Below, piece by piece: positions 40,259-53,586 of a stretch of 64,000 nucleotides of DNA. The notes beneath the pieces were generated by a model. That model saw nothing but the letters and a program-made list of their open reading frames with translations, had not been told where the DNA came from and did no database searches. The stretch is from Camelus ferus. Its lineage: Eukaryota. Each line of letters opens with the position of its first letter. The first letter of the stretch is position 1. The stretch spans positions 11,224,001 through 11,288,000 of the forward strand of contig NC_045696.1 of NCBI RefSeq assembly GCF_009834535.1, read 5' to 3'. The translations under genes and the position numbers were made by a program.

Positions 40259-40870
40259 GTAATTTTGTTCTGCACTTTTTGTATCTTTGTATGAACAACT
40301 TCCAGTCAGTGAACAAGAGCTTCTCCACAAATAATGCTTATAATGTCTTCTGTTTTGATCTTAGCACTTTCCTGGTGAGAGTGCTTATTTTGTTTTATTA
40401 TTAATTGTTTATTTCAGTTGGTAAGGTTGATTTTTTGGGAGCCAGATTACAAATTATGCTAAAGCTTTATAAAAAAAATAATAGTAAAGAAGACATTTCA
40501 TGCTAAAATCAAAGTAATATATATTCTGAAACTATTAAAATGGAAATATGTTTTAATGAAATCAATATTTCCTTTGATTCAACTCACATGGTAAAAATAA
40601 CCTTGTTATTGATTGTTAACATCTCATTGCCAGATAAGCAAGAGAGTGATGAATGTATAAAAAAGCTGTAGATTAGAGGTTGAGAACTACTGTTAATAGA
40701 TGTATGTCTTATATAAATAGAATTCCATTAAATAAACACTGAATATCTATGTGTAATCCATAACATTCAGAAATTATATTAATGGTATATATTTTAATCA
40801 TATTTAACCAAGTATAATTTTAATCATATGTATTTTTTTTTTTTTTTGTATTCTTTTTTCAATCCAATAG

Positions 40871-40951
40871 ATGGAGGATGTTTTGAAAGCATTACAAACA
40901 AAGCTGTGGGAGGCTGAATCAAAATTGTCCTTTACCAGTTGCAAAAGCTGA
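40871..40951 (+). CDS. MIS18A: MIS18A coding exon 5 (C-terminal helix and stop)
   Basis: A long T tract and caatag acceptor precede MEDVLKALQTKLWEAESKLSFTSCKS*, with TGA at 40949-40951. With one base removed from exon 1 the CDS is 711 nt (236 aa). Confidence 0.96.
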   Translation: MEDVLKALQTKLWEAESKLSFTSCKS

Positions 40952-41270
40952 AATCGGTTCCAAGTCCCCCTTCTGGAGTCTTCCACTGGTGGACAGTTGT
41001 TTCACACGTAGCGTTTCTTGTTATAATTTACTTCACTTCGAATGGAAAGAATTCTGAATGGGCATGTACATTGTATTCTCTTGTACTGGTCAAATGAGAA
41101 GAATCGTAAATTACTTTCCCGGCTGTACCTGATGGTAGAAGGAGGATTGTTTCCCAAATTCCAGTTTTAAAGTCGTGATACTTGCTGGAAGTGGCATTTA
41201 GGGGTTTTTGTCTGGATAACAAACTGCTGTGATTTTCTAGACTGTTTTCTCTGTACCAAATTCATTATTC

Positions 41271-41330
41271 TTTATTTCCTATTTCTTTAAACTTTATTTC
41301 CTATTTCTTTAAACTTTATTTCATCTTTAA
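41271..41330. repeat. 22-bp tandem duplication in the MIS18A 3' UTR
   Basis: tttatttcctatttctttaaac at 41271-41292 and 41293-41314, plus a degenerate third unit. Confidence 0.9.
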
Positions 41331-41688
41331 TACTTTGAACAATATTTAATATTGAGTGGTAAGAAAATCTTAGAGGTTTTTCTACCCACTATGTGGTTGA
41401 CTCTTCTCTGAAACGAATGCGTACAGCTCTGTGGAGAAACTGATCAGCTGAGTCACTTGTCAGGACTGTTTGAAACCTTGCACAGGAGCAGAACAGCATG
41501 TATTCTAGTAGTCGCAGAATTCCACTTACCCTGTTAATTTGCTACTGTATGCCCCCCAAATCTGGCAGGATATTTACCAAAGTGGTAGTCATTTCTGAGG
41601 GTGGGATTCTGGGGATATTTTCAGCTTTCCAGTTTTCTATAATGTAGGACTTAGAGTAAGCGCATGTTATTTTTATAATCAGGGAGAA

Positions 41689-41701
41689 AATAAAGATTAA
41701 A
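41689..41701 (+). terminator. Candidate MIS18A polyadenylation signals
   Basis: AATAAA (41689-41694) and ATTAAA (41696-41701) about 740 nt after the stop, followed by T/GT-rich sequence. Confidence 0.55.
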
Positions 41702-44177
41702 GCAAAATGTTTTACAGTTGATTTTTACAAAACTGAATTATTTAACTGAGCTCAAAAATCCTGGTGCCCTGAGTTCCGCACATTCCAGGACGTGGCTGAG
41801 TGGCGGGCCTGCTCAGGCCTACAGAGTAACCCCAGGGTTCCCCAGCCCCCCCTCTGTTTTTGAGTACAGAAGAGGCCACATAACACTAGTACTCAGCGCG
41901 TGTGAGTAACTCAGCTTCTGCTCTTCCCTGATGATTTCTGAGAATACTTAAAGTTACCATAGCAAAAGGTCCTGAGTCAGATTGACTTGATCACTGACAG
42001 TTACTGAGTTCTTTTCGATAGGTCATCAGCAGCCTCTAATAATCTGAAATTAGCAAGCCCTCCAGGTCTCTCGACACCTACTGGCAACAGGACAGTCATC
42101 CTGCCTCAGCAGGCTCGATGAAGTCCCAAGGGTCTGTCCTTTTAGTGCTTCAGTGGCACTTGTGTCAAAGTTCATTTAGAGCAGATGGGAGAGCATTTTA
42201 ACAATAAGATCCAGCTAACTTTGGTTGCACGGGTAACAGAATCCTCCAACGATCACTTTCAGGGCCATTCCAAAGAGGCAGGCAGTCTGGCTCCCCAGTT
42301 CCTTTTACCGTGTTCATTCTGGGCCAGGATTTCTAGCTAATCCAAACATTTTGAAAACTACTCATTTCACCAGTGAAAAATAATTTCCACAGTGCTAACC
42401 AAGCTTCTGTTGTGGATTGAGAGATAAACAGCCCAAGTGCCTTTGTGGCTCCTCTAAGTGCGGGCCTTTGATTAGCCTTTTCTGGCAAACTCACCACCCT
42501 GGAATTTTATTTCCAGGTAGGGTCAGATGAAGTTAACTAACCATCCCTGGAGTGTGGGTGGAAAGCTCACACACGCTTGTATCACATGGTCTTTGCTGAA
42601 ACATCTGGAAGTAGATAAATGCCAGGAAGCAGTCGTGTCTCATAAGGCACAGCCCGCATCTTTGGCCTCTGCCTGTGATGTCACTGAAGGGGTGGCCTTG
42701 CCATCGCCGAGGGAGAGGCAGCTCTGAGGCTCCCACACTGCTCACCCCGAGGGGCCCACGTGGGACCGCTTTGTCCTCCCTGTGGCTGCTGTGGCACTTA
42801 GAGGACAGAGGCCTTTCCCACACTGTGGGCCAGCCTCCCCTGGGGCCACCTGTTTCCCTGAAGCCTGGTAGCTTGGCTTTTCTGGCTTTGCATGGGAGCT
42901 CATTGGAATGCTGTGGGTTTTTTGTTGTTTTTTCCTACTTGCCCTGTATGTCCACATACTAAAACCTCTTCCTTGGGAAGTGGGTTCTTGCTCCCATATT
43001 CCTTATAAATGCCACATGCTGTTGTTTCTGGTTACCAAGCCCTGGCAAAGCACTGCCCATGAACAGAAATGAGGGTCCTGAAGCAAGAAACGGGCATTCC
43101 AGCCCATATTGCACAGGACCCAAAAAAGAGGCTTCAGAAAGGATCTACCCAGAATTTGTTTCTTCAGCCATCGTTGAAAAGGGGACTGACTCCCTAGTCC
43201 TTTAGGGAGCAGTGGGAGACTGGTGTCAGGACCTGTTACGTGGCATTTACAGACTGTTGTAAATGCATGTGTGTAGAACACTGTACATGGTTTTCATCCC
43301 AGAATGTGGGTTCTGTCATGCTCAGCTAGCTCTCCTGTTACGTTCAAACATTTCCAAGCTGAAGAGCCCGCTGTGGGCAGGCTTGTGTAGCGTCAGTGCC
43401 TGGATGGAGTGTGTCCTGCCTGGGTGATTCTGGTCATGCTTGGGGCATTTAAAATGAGCAAAACCAGGAGAGTGCCTCCTTGCAGGACTGGGTCTAGGTG
43501 TTCAGTAAGAACTTCTTGAAAGAAGGAACCATGATGAGCAAGGTGATGTGTTTTTGAGGGAAATCTCAGGGGTAGCAGGGATCCTGGGCCAGAGTCCCCG
43601 CTTCAACTGCTTTATTAGCCGGGTGACCTTGGACAGTCATTCAATCATTTTGAGCCTCTGTTTTTTAAAGTGTCACAAAAATGAATGACGAAGGGTAGTC
43701 TTGCTTAAAATGAGTCGATCTAATTCAGTCTTCTAGCCAGTCTCCCTGTAAGAGTGTATTGTATGGACATAAAAGAAAAACATCTGAAACACCATATTTA
43801 AAAAAAAAATAGTAACACTAGATTTAGTTCTCCAATTACAAATACACAGACATTGTAGAAAACTTGAAAAGTAGAACAATAGCACAAAGAACAAAATAAA
43901 ATCCACAAACAATCTCACAACCAGAGTAATGATCACTTTTTCGGAGTATATCCTTGTAGTCATTTTATATGCAAATTTACCGTTTTTACTTAAAATATTT
44001 CATAAACATTTCTGCATCATTAGACATTCTTTTATAACCGGATTTTATTCACTGCCTAGGACAAAATATCTTTTTTAAAACCTGTGTTGGGATCCTAAGG
44101 TATGAAATTCACACTTTTTAGTGGCTTAACAACTGAGTTTGGACAAATAAGAGAGAAGGCATGAAAGAACTCTTAAA

Positions 44178-44371
44178 GCAGCCCCCTCTGGCTCCAGGGC
44201 CTGCAGAAACTGAGTCAATTGTTCAGTTTTCAGGAATTTGTGAGCTGACTCTTAAATCTTTGGAAGCTTCAAATTGTCGGTGATTAGGAGTATTTACACC
44301 AGAGCAATCAGCAAGTGCTAAAAAATCAGGATTTCTTCTCCCCAGAGAGCTGGTTTCCCAGCATATTACTG
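44178..44371. mobile_element. MER63-like hAT element
   Basis: attgttcagttttcaggaatttgtgagc...ggagtatttacacca...cagcatattactg. Confidence 0.55.
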
Positions 44372-44571
44372 TCTATTTTGAATTCCCCTGCTTACTGTTA
44401 ACTGACTTCTCTATTCAACACCCAAAAGACTAGATCCTGATACCCTTTCATTTAATAAATCTGAAATGAGACACTGTATCTTAAGACCTTGGTGATTACA
44501 GTCACCATCTTCACCTCTTCTGGGGGAAAAGCAAAACACTTGTGAACAAATGACTTAAGATTTTATATAAA

Positions 44572-45150
44572 AGTTGCTGAAAGATTTGGCCCCGTCCCTG
44601 ATGAGCCAAATAACTCAGAGACAGGGTCTTGGAGCTTAGAAGAAAAGAGGCAGCTTTATTACTTTGCCGGGCAAAGGAGACTCACAGCAGGGTGGTGCCT
44701 TCAGAACTGTGCACCCACCTTGGGGACGGGGCAGGGTGATTATACAGCCAGGGCTCAAACAATAAACAACAGAATCATTTTCTGGTCATAAGACTTAGAG
44801 TGGCGTCATGATGCCTCCAGGCGACCCATTCCATAGAGGCTGGGGTTGTCACTTTTTCAATCTTTATCTCATAAGAGCCCAAGGCATGGTCTTCTTGGTA
44901 TTTAGCCTGTTTTGTAAGGTTACAGTTCTGTGACTTTCTCCCTGGAGAACAACTCAGAAACCAAGCATGATTATTACTTTTGATTACTGGAATAAAGCAG
45001 AAACAGTAAAATTAATAGCTTTATTTTAACAACGGACCTGGAGCTGTGAACAGCAACTGGTTGGTCAGTCAGGCCAGTTGACCGTTTTAAGGGCAAGCTC
45101 AAGAATAAGCAATCCATTAGCCTAAAAGTGTCATTTTATTAATTCTTCTT
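44572..45150 (-). mobile_element. Probable ERV solo LTR, relatively young
   Basis: gttgctgaaagatttggcc...gagccaaataactcagagac...gctttatt has an antisense LTR U5/poly(A)-signal layout. It appears to interrupt an older AT-rich element. Candidate TSD tataaa at 44566-44571 and 45151-45156, but no clean TG..CA termini. Confidence 0.55.
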
Positions 45151-48100
45151 TATAAATAGTCTATGTTACACACACCTTTTTTGTCCTTCCTGAATACAGT
45201 AAATAACTGAGCAGTTGCTTGCCTGTGAACAAACAGAAAGTTTGTTTGCAATCACTTGTGAACTGAGAGAAGATAATTTACTCTTGAATCTAACCCAGAC
45301 ATGTTTTGGGTGCTAAGTGTTAATTTTGTTTAATGAGAGCTGAGTTCCATCTGCGGGGTGTTTTGTTATCCGAGCTGCCGGTCACGATGGTCCGAGTGCA
45401 GTCCAGGCCAACCTATATAATTGTAGTCTCCTCAGAATGTTTACACTCATCTAAAATTTTGAGATAATAAACAGAGGCAGCGTGAGGTGAAGGGGGCTAA
45501 GGAAGTGATGTGCTGGGGTCCAGCGTTTTATTGGCCCAAATGTGATTTCCAGTAGAACTGGCCCCACTTCATTCAAGTTGGTCTCGACCTCTGCTAGCTT
45601 GACAAAATTAAATTAACTATCACTTTTCTTCCCCCGTAAACGATTACCACCATGGTTTTTAGATCCTCTCTAATTTTAAGGCAGAGAAATGGACAAGGTA
45701 ATCTCTCAAGGGCCCCTTCAACCTATGTAAGTTGAAAGGAAAACAAATAATTCAAAGGAGGAAAATGAGAATCCAGGCACCGACTTCGAAGAGTTGAGGA
45801 AATGGAATAATTTAGTTCTCTTCTTAACATTGTCACCTTTATGTTTCTCCTGGGAGCTGTAGGCTTGTAATTTTGAAGGTTTCTTGAGAATCATAGAAGT
45901 TTTGAAAAAGTAGGATGTATGTTTGATTGAATAACATTTTCCAAAGCAAATACAAGGGTGTGTAACCATTTTGAAGAGAAATCTTAAGAATTCTTTAAAG
46001 GGTTTTCCCTGAAGGGGACAGACAGCAGCTTGTGGCTGGGGGTGACCGCTCTATTCTTACCGTTTAATGATCATTAGTGTGTACCCAGCACTGTGCTTGG
46101 AGCTCCGCCAGTTCTCACAAAACCCTCTTCCGCAGAAACCCTTCTTCCCATTCTATGGATGCCCAAGTCTGGCTCTGCCAGCGAGTGGACCCAGGGCTTT
46201 TCTCCTGTGCGTTGCTGCCTCCTCTCCACGCCGAGTGCAGTCGCGGTGCCTCCTTGCGTCTTGACAGTAAAACACATGCAAGGGAGCTGGATCCGTCGCT
46301 GTAGTATTAGCAATCTTAGTGCCTAGCAGGGTTTAGAAGTCATGAACTTCTCCCTCTTTTTCTTCTGTAATTGAAGCTGATTGAGCCCCCTTGACAAGAG
46401 TTCCCTCCTCTTCCTTCATCCCTACTTTGGTTCTCTGGCTGCGGTGTCTCCCGGCCTCTCCCCTCCTCTGCCCAGAGTCGCTGGCTGGCCCGTTTCAAGC
46501 TCTCACCTCTCCGTGTATCCTGGATCTCCCTGGCAACCACCTCCCTTACATGCCATTTATTTTGCTTTACTGCAATTATCACGTTGAACATCGTAGTTTA
46601 TGTTTGTGTGTTTAAATTCTGTCTCACTGCTGGAGTGTCACCTCCACGAGAGCAGCGATTATATGTCTTGTGGTTGTGCTGAAAGGAATGCAGCCACGTG
46701 GCAAATGCTCATTTAATGTTTGGTGGAATGAATGGGATTGTTGCTTCACATACCTGTTTTTTTTGACGTCTTCAGCCTCTGTCCACTTTCCGCATTCTTG
46801 AATCTCACCCTACAAGCATGCTCAGGTCTCTTCCTGGTGACAGACATCCTTCCTGCAGCCCATACCTCCCTGAACTGCTGTCCTGCTTGTAACCATAGCC
46901 CCTCTCCCCGCCCTGGTCTCCCACTCTGGGCATTGCTGAATCTGCTCTCTCGAGGGCCACTGAGGACTTCCTACAGAGTGCTTCTGTCTGTCTGAAATCC
47001 CTAAAATTTCCAACAACTTAAGATTGTCCTCCCCTTTAAAATTCTCCTCTCAGTTGTCCATATGTCTCAGCGAGGCGTGATAAAATGTGCAGGGGCAAGA
47101 TGCTATGAGGCGTGGGATTTGCTGTAAAATGCTTCAGTGAAGTAGCCGCACAGTGAGAGGCATTGCCTGGGCATCACCTGGTCACTGATCGTCGCTGAAT
47201 GGGTGTCGGGCTTCATTATATCTTTGTTAGTGTGTGTGTGAAAGTTTTCTTGTCAGACCAACAAGCAAGTGCACTCATACTCCATCTTTAATGGCATCTG
47301 CCCTGCCCTCCTCCTCCCTCGCTGCCCTTTCTGGCTGCGCTCCTTTCTCCTGCTTCCCCTGAGCTCTGCCCTTGCCCTTGTGTCTCTCTCCAGGCTCTCT
47401 TGGATACTTCCCGCCCTGCCATGACTTCAGGGACCATCCCTGGGTCTCTGACTCCCACAGCCCTGAACTGTCTCCCCGCCCCGGTTCTGATTCCCCAATG
47501 ACCTGACCACACCCCCATCCCCTGCAGCCCCCATCACTGGCCCCATGTCCTCCAGGTGTGCAGAGTGTGTTCACTCTAATGGAAACTGATGGTTTTGTTC
47601 TGAAGGCCCTACACAGCCCTGTCCCCTTCCTGTGCCCCCTGAGTTCTTAGTGACATCGTCCCCCTTCTTGTGGCCTGGATGCAAAACCTAGAATCACATG
47701 AGCTCTTCACCATTCCTAGCCCTACTTCTGATCAATCGTCAGGTCCCCTCTCTTCTTTCCCAAAGCCTCTTACTCCCCACCCTGTCCATTTCTCTCTTGT
47801 CACTTGTTCTTTTCAGGCTTCGTTATCTCCTGAGTTATTGCTTAATTTGTCTTCATGCTTTAATCCCCCAATTCCACAAACTCACCATTGTCAAATGAAT
47901 CTTGACTCATTCAGCATTACTCCATAGCACACAGAATACAGTTCTCTTAATCTGAGTTTCCAAGTCTCCTGATCTGGCCCCAGATGGCTTCCCAGCTGTA
48001 TCTCCCACTTTTCCTATTTGGCACTTGGAGCTTCTGCAACCAGAACACTCTGACTCACAATTCTTACTTGTCCTTCAAGGTCCTGCTTGAACGTCACTTC

Positions 48101-49139
48101 CTCCAGGAAGTCCTTGCTGATTTCTGAGTCAAAAGTAACTTCTCCCACCTTATCATTCCTAAATTACTCCAGGATGTTCTTCTTGCCTCATTTGATTTCA
48201 TATTATAGTTTTTGTGGGAACCTTTCCTGCAAGACTGATTTTTTTCCCCAGAGACCTAAGATGTGAGACCTTGTATGTTGGAGGTAATTAATACTTGTTA
48301 AATAAAGAGAATTTTCATCCCCTGTCTGCTTTGTACAGTTATGACAGTAAATGGAAAAATGTGAAAAACATCTGAGAAAAATTTTTATACCAAAGCATTC
48401 TGAATTGCTTTTAATGTTTCAGAATTGACATATAAGACTAAAAATAAACTACCCTAAAATGCAGTGGTGATGTGGGGTTAGAATTCAACGTTAACCAATG
48501 TAAATAGGAATCCGAGGGAAAATTACCAAATTGAACTCATTTACATGTGTAATTACCCACCTGTGATCATTCTACTGCCTTATCTATTCCATCTTTCTCC
48601 TCCCACACCAAGTTAAAAATACTTTGTATCATTTTTCCCCCTAACCAAATACAATGAATTCTTGGAATTGGGGGTGGGGTGTAGATGCAACTTTGCTACT
48701 TGAAGCAAGATGCAGAATTACAAGGGGCCTCAGGGTGTGGGGGAGAAGCCTAGTAGATAAACACACAAGCCACCTTCAAATATGCAAGAGGAGATTTGGA
48801 AATAAAAGAACGTTGGAAACATCCTGCTGCTTTCAACGACCAGAAAGCCAAAGAAAACCATGACTCTTATTAACATGGAAATCCACAAAGCACAGGCCTA
48901 TGGCAACTCTGACAAGAAGTTCCTTGATAAGGTAAGAAGGTGTCAGGGGCTTTGCCTTCTCAAGACATTCTTTCCTGGGGAGGAAAGGCTGTCTTAGAGC
49001 TTGGGGAGAGAGGCCCTTTAGCTTGAAGAAGCGAAAGAAATGTGGTTATTTGGGTTCCCTAGTGTTTGGGTACGGGAAGGCATTGTAACCCCAGGGGATG
49101 CTCTCCAGGGTGCCTGTGGCCCCCGGAGTTAGAGGGGTC

Positions 49140-49710
49140 TGATGGAGCAGCCTTGGCTCATCCAAAGGCCGGCGCCTTCCTGCGAGCCCCTGGCCTCTCA
49201 AAGCGCGGGCATCTTCCCCCAGGCCCTGCCAGGCCTATGTGAATCAGAGCCGGAATCCACCAAGACCCCCAGTGGCCGCCACCCACGTTCACATCTGAGA
49301 CGCGCTGTTTTCGAGGACAGAGAATAAACGCCCCTTTCGTAGGCTCATCTGTTTGCTCACGATTATTAATGACTCTGAACACTGTAGTCATTTTTTCAGC
49401 GCCTCACTTGACACCTGTAAAGTAGGTTAGTATTACTCTGGCTTTGAGTTCGACTTTTTTTTTTCCTTAATCAGACCACAAGGGGCCGCAATGCACCACG
49501 TAAACGTTCGTCGCGTCCAGCCTGGTCACCGCCGCAGCGGCGAGAGGAGCGGCAGGAGCCCCTTCCCGTCGGCTGCCCCGTCTCCACCCGGAGTTTATCC
49601 CTCTCTGCTCTCGTAACCGGGCTCCTTAATCAACTGACGGTCAAGACCTCTCCCCGCCAGCCCCCGCCAGTGCCAGGGGCTTGGGTTAGTCAGCATTCAT
49701 TCCGAAACCG
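49140..49710. promoter_or_regulatory. Small orphan CpG island (candidate enhancer or ncRNA promoter)
   Basis: 20 CpGs counted in 49481-49670, with tandem CCCCGCCAG motifs at 49652-49670; no recognisable coding exon nearby. Confidence 0.5.
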
Positions 49711-50445
49711 TCTACACCTACCCTCCCACAGGCTTTCCCCCCAAGAGATTTGCATTTTACACTGGGAAGTTAATTATGTTTTCTCTTTCAGTCATTTTTT
49801 CTGTTTCCACGACTCAGGGTCATTACTAAGCATCCCCACCCCCACACCCCCAGGACCTTCTGAGTCCTAAATGCTGCTAAATGCTTCCAGCTCCGGTTGG
49901 ACTTGTCAAGAGGGTGGTGTCAGGCTTGCAGAGAAGTTCGTTTCTGATCACCTGGCTCCTAAGTCTGACTCATGGGACTTCCTGGGAATCCTCGCTGTCT
50001 CAACGCTGTCTATTCCTTTGGAAACGTTAAGGAACACTTATTTCTTTGTAGGATGAGGCATCAAAAGCATTTTATTTAAAATGATGAAAACAGTTTCCAA
50101 AACCTTAAATTCAGATAATTTCACTTTAAGTCAGACTTCCATTGACTGGAACGGAAGGTTTTATATATGTATATATGTGCATTAAATTATTTTGCTCAAC
50201 AGAAGGTCGGGGCAAAGAAGCAGTGCAGTGAGGTGGGACCAGACTGGGAAGCCTGGAGCCTCAGGATCTAGGTCCTGCCTTGCCTCTAACTAGCAGAGCA
50301 GTTGGCGTCCTCGACTTCCCATCCCCCAGCCTCAGCTTCCTCATCTATACAAAGAGGAAGCTGGGCTAGAATGATCTGGAAGTTTCCTCCTCTGATTCAT
50401 CTAGTAAAAGCAATCAGAAGTTTTGTTGTGTTAGTGGAACACTTA

Positions 50446-50912
50446 TTTTTTTAACCTTTTTAAATTTATGTATTTATTTTACAGTATCATATTTTTTAAT
50501 TGAAGTATAGTTGATGTACAGTGTATGTTACAAGTATACAATATAGTGATTCACAAATTTTAAAGTTTATACTCCATTTATAGTTATTATAAAATATTGC
50601 CCATGTTCCCCATGGTGTACAATATATCCTTGCATTTTATTTTATACCTGATAGTTTCTGTCTCTTAATCTTCCACCTCCATCTTGCCCCTCCTCCTTCC
50701 CTCTCCCCACTGGTAACCACTAGTTCCTTCTCTACGTCTGTGAGTCTGTTTCTTTTCTGTTATATTCACTAGTTTGTTGTATTTTTTTTTAGATTCCATA
50801 TGTAAGTGGTATCTTATAGTATTTGTCTTTCTCTGTCTGACTTATTTTACTTAGCATAATGTCCTCCACATCCATCCATGCTGTACACCAGAAACTAATA
50901 CAACATTTTAAA
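50446..50912 (-). mobile_element. L1 3' fragment (antisense) with a short inverted terminal piece
   Basis: ttgaagtatagttgatgtaca...ctctgtctgacttattttacttagcataatgtcctcc, then a sense-oriented piece tgctgtacaccagaaactaatacaacatt. Confidence 0.85.
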
Positions 50913-52320
50913 TTTTAGTAGAAACTTGCTGAGATGGAGACCTTGATCAACAGCTGATAGAGGATGGTACCAACCATCTGTCATCTGGTGGATGTGGACA
51001 ATATTCTGCCCTTGAGAGAGCCAAGACCATGAGAGAGACTTCGAATGGAAGCACCGCCCATGTTTGCTGCTGCTGCTTAATTAACAGTCGGAGGTGGCTG
51101 GCAGGAGGCACATCTTGAAAATATTCTTGAATCGGTTCGCGGAATCCTGAATAGAATTAACACATGGGCACGTGAACACTTAACAGCATCTCTGGTCACC
51201 AATGTTTGCTCGAGAATCATAGTTATTAAAATACATTAGTGATTTCTTTTGTCACTACTTGAGTTGCTTTCAATGAGGAAAAAAAGTCCTGCTGTAATCA
51301 TTTCACTTTCGCTTGTCCTCCTGTTCTCTCCCTCCCATCCCTGTGTCCCCTTAGCAAAGCCAGAAGCAACCAGAACTTAAATTAGTCAGGGTTGGATGTC
51401 AGCCACAGAGTAGGGCGAGTGAAATCCCGTAATGTCAGCTCACCGGGCAGAGTTTCCAAGGCAACCGCTGTTGTCTGTGTCTTCACTCTGAAGGGAAACC
51501 TGGGAGAATCCAGTCCTGACGTGGCTCTGAAGAGAACCAGCCTGGGGGCAAAACGACCTGTGCATGAGGAGACTTCGGTTCCAGTCCTGTTTTTGTTTTA
51601 TCTCTGTAAGGATGGGTCTTATTCACATTTATTTTCTCTCGCTCTGAAATGAGGATTTGATCTGAACTCTTTTGGGGCGGGCAGTTAAAAGCATATTTAA
51701 AATATGCACAGACTACTGGTCTGAGAATCACTGCATGATCTTCCAATGATGAAGAAGAAACAGAGCCAGATTCGTACATGAAAACAGAATGATTTTTGCC
51801 CTTAAATGAGGGAAGGATTAGCAGGGGCCAAGAAGCAAGAAAAAAAAGGCAAAGAGCAGTCCCCAATCAGAACAGCCCCCATCTTCAGGTTTTTCTCATT
51901 GTTGGTGAGATTATAAGATTTGTTCTCCAAACCCAGGCACATTAGAGGGTGCAAGGGGGAGATTTAATAATTAAGGGTCAGGCCAGGATGACAGAGGGAA
52001 ACCTTCCCAGGCAGCCAGTGCCTGCATCACCCTCCCCTTTGTGCTGCATGGTAATGAGTCTTTGGAACAAAGGTCTCCCTGTTAATGGGCTTTGAGACCC
52101 GCAAGGCTCAAGTGATGAAGATTACAAGTTGTCTGATAAGATTTAGTCAGGTGGGAGCAGAAAAGAAAAATGGAGAAACATAGGAGGGTTTGACAGAGAA
52201 TCAAACAGAAATGAACGAAAAAGACTTGGAGGTCTTGGTTGTCTCTGAGTAAGCACAATTTGGGGTGGCCCCAGTCAGCAGATTGGGGACTTTGTCCAGT
52301 AAAGAGTATAGTAATTATGG

Positions 52321-53586
52321 GAAAACTGGACAGCTACCTGTCAAAGACTGAAATTAGAACATTCTCTAACACCATATACAAAAATACACTCAAAATGGAT
52401 TAAAGACAAATGTAAGACCAGATACTATAAAACTCCTAGAGGAAAACACAGGCAGAGCACTCTTGGACATAAATCACAGCAATGTTTTCTTTTGAACCAG
52501 CTCCTGGAGTAGTGGAAATAAAAGCAGAAATAAACAAATGGGATCTAATTATATTTAAAAGCTTTTGCACAGGTAAGGATACCATCAACAAAACAAAAAG
52601 ACATCCTACAGAATGGGAGAAAATATTTGTAAATAATGCGACCAACAAGGGACTAATTTCTAAAATATACAAACAGCTCATATACCTTGATATCAAACAA
52701 AAACAAAAACAAAAACTAAGCAACCCAATAAAAAAAAATGGGCAGAAGACCTAAACAAGCAATACTCCAATGAAGACATACAGATGGCCAACAAGCACAT
52801 TAAAAAATGCTCAACATTACTAATTTTTAGAGAAATACAAATCAAAACTACAATGAGGTATCACCTCCCACCAGTCAGAACTGCCATCATTAAAAAGTCT
52901 ACAAACGATAAATGCTGGAGAGGCTGTGGAGAAAAAGGAACCCTCCTACACTGTCGGGGGAAATGTAAATTGGTGCAGCCACTATGGAGAACAGTATGAA
53001 GGTTCCTTAAAAAGCTAAGAATAGACTTATCATGTGATCCAGCAATCCCACCCCTGGGCATATACCTGGAGAAAACTATAATTCAAAAAGACTCCAACGT
53101 TCATAGCAGCACTATTTAAAATAGCCAAGACGTGGAAGAAACAACCTCAATGTCCATCAACAGATGACTAGATAAAGAAGATGTGATATATATATACAAT
53201 GGAATACTACTCAGCCATAAAAAGAATGAAATAAAGCCATTTGCAGCAACATGGATGGACTTGGAGATCGTCATTCTAAATGAAGTAAGCCCAAAAGAGA
53301 AAGAAAAATTCCATATGATATCGCTTATATGTGGAGTCTAAAAAAAAGACACAAATAAACTACTTATGAGTTATAACTTAGATGACTGATTTCTTGAATA
53401 TATGTAAGCACATTTGCCTGTCCTTTATGAGTGGACTACTTACTGCATTCTGTTGATTTGTATTTTGTAGTTGGCTTTATTCCTTGGATAACTATGTAAG
53501 TTTAAAAAGATAAAGCTCTAAACTGTTCCTGGAAACAACTAACAGTACATATATGTACATTTTAAAAAGTAATTAATTTAAAAAAA
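52321..53586 (+). mobile_element. 5'-truncated L1 (ORF2 C-terminal part) with a non-L1 3' segment, bounded by TSDs
   Basis: ORF2-like peptides EIKAEINKWDLI..KSFCT.K.TINKTKRHPTEWEKIF and [46 protein letters not shown], frameshifted. Exact 14-bp TSD tatagtaattatgg at 52307-52320 and 53590-53603. Confidence 0.92.

Noticed and set aside
52482..52999. L1 ORF2-like ORFs as an active retroelement
   Set aside because: The element is 5'-truncated to about 1 kb of L1 and is frameshifted, with no endonuclease or RT core.
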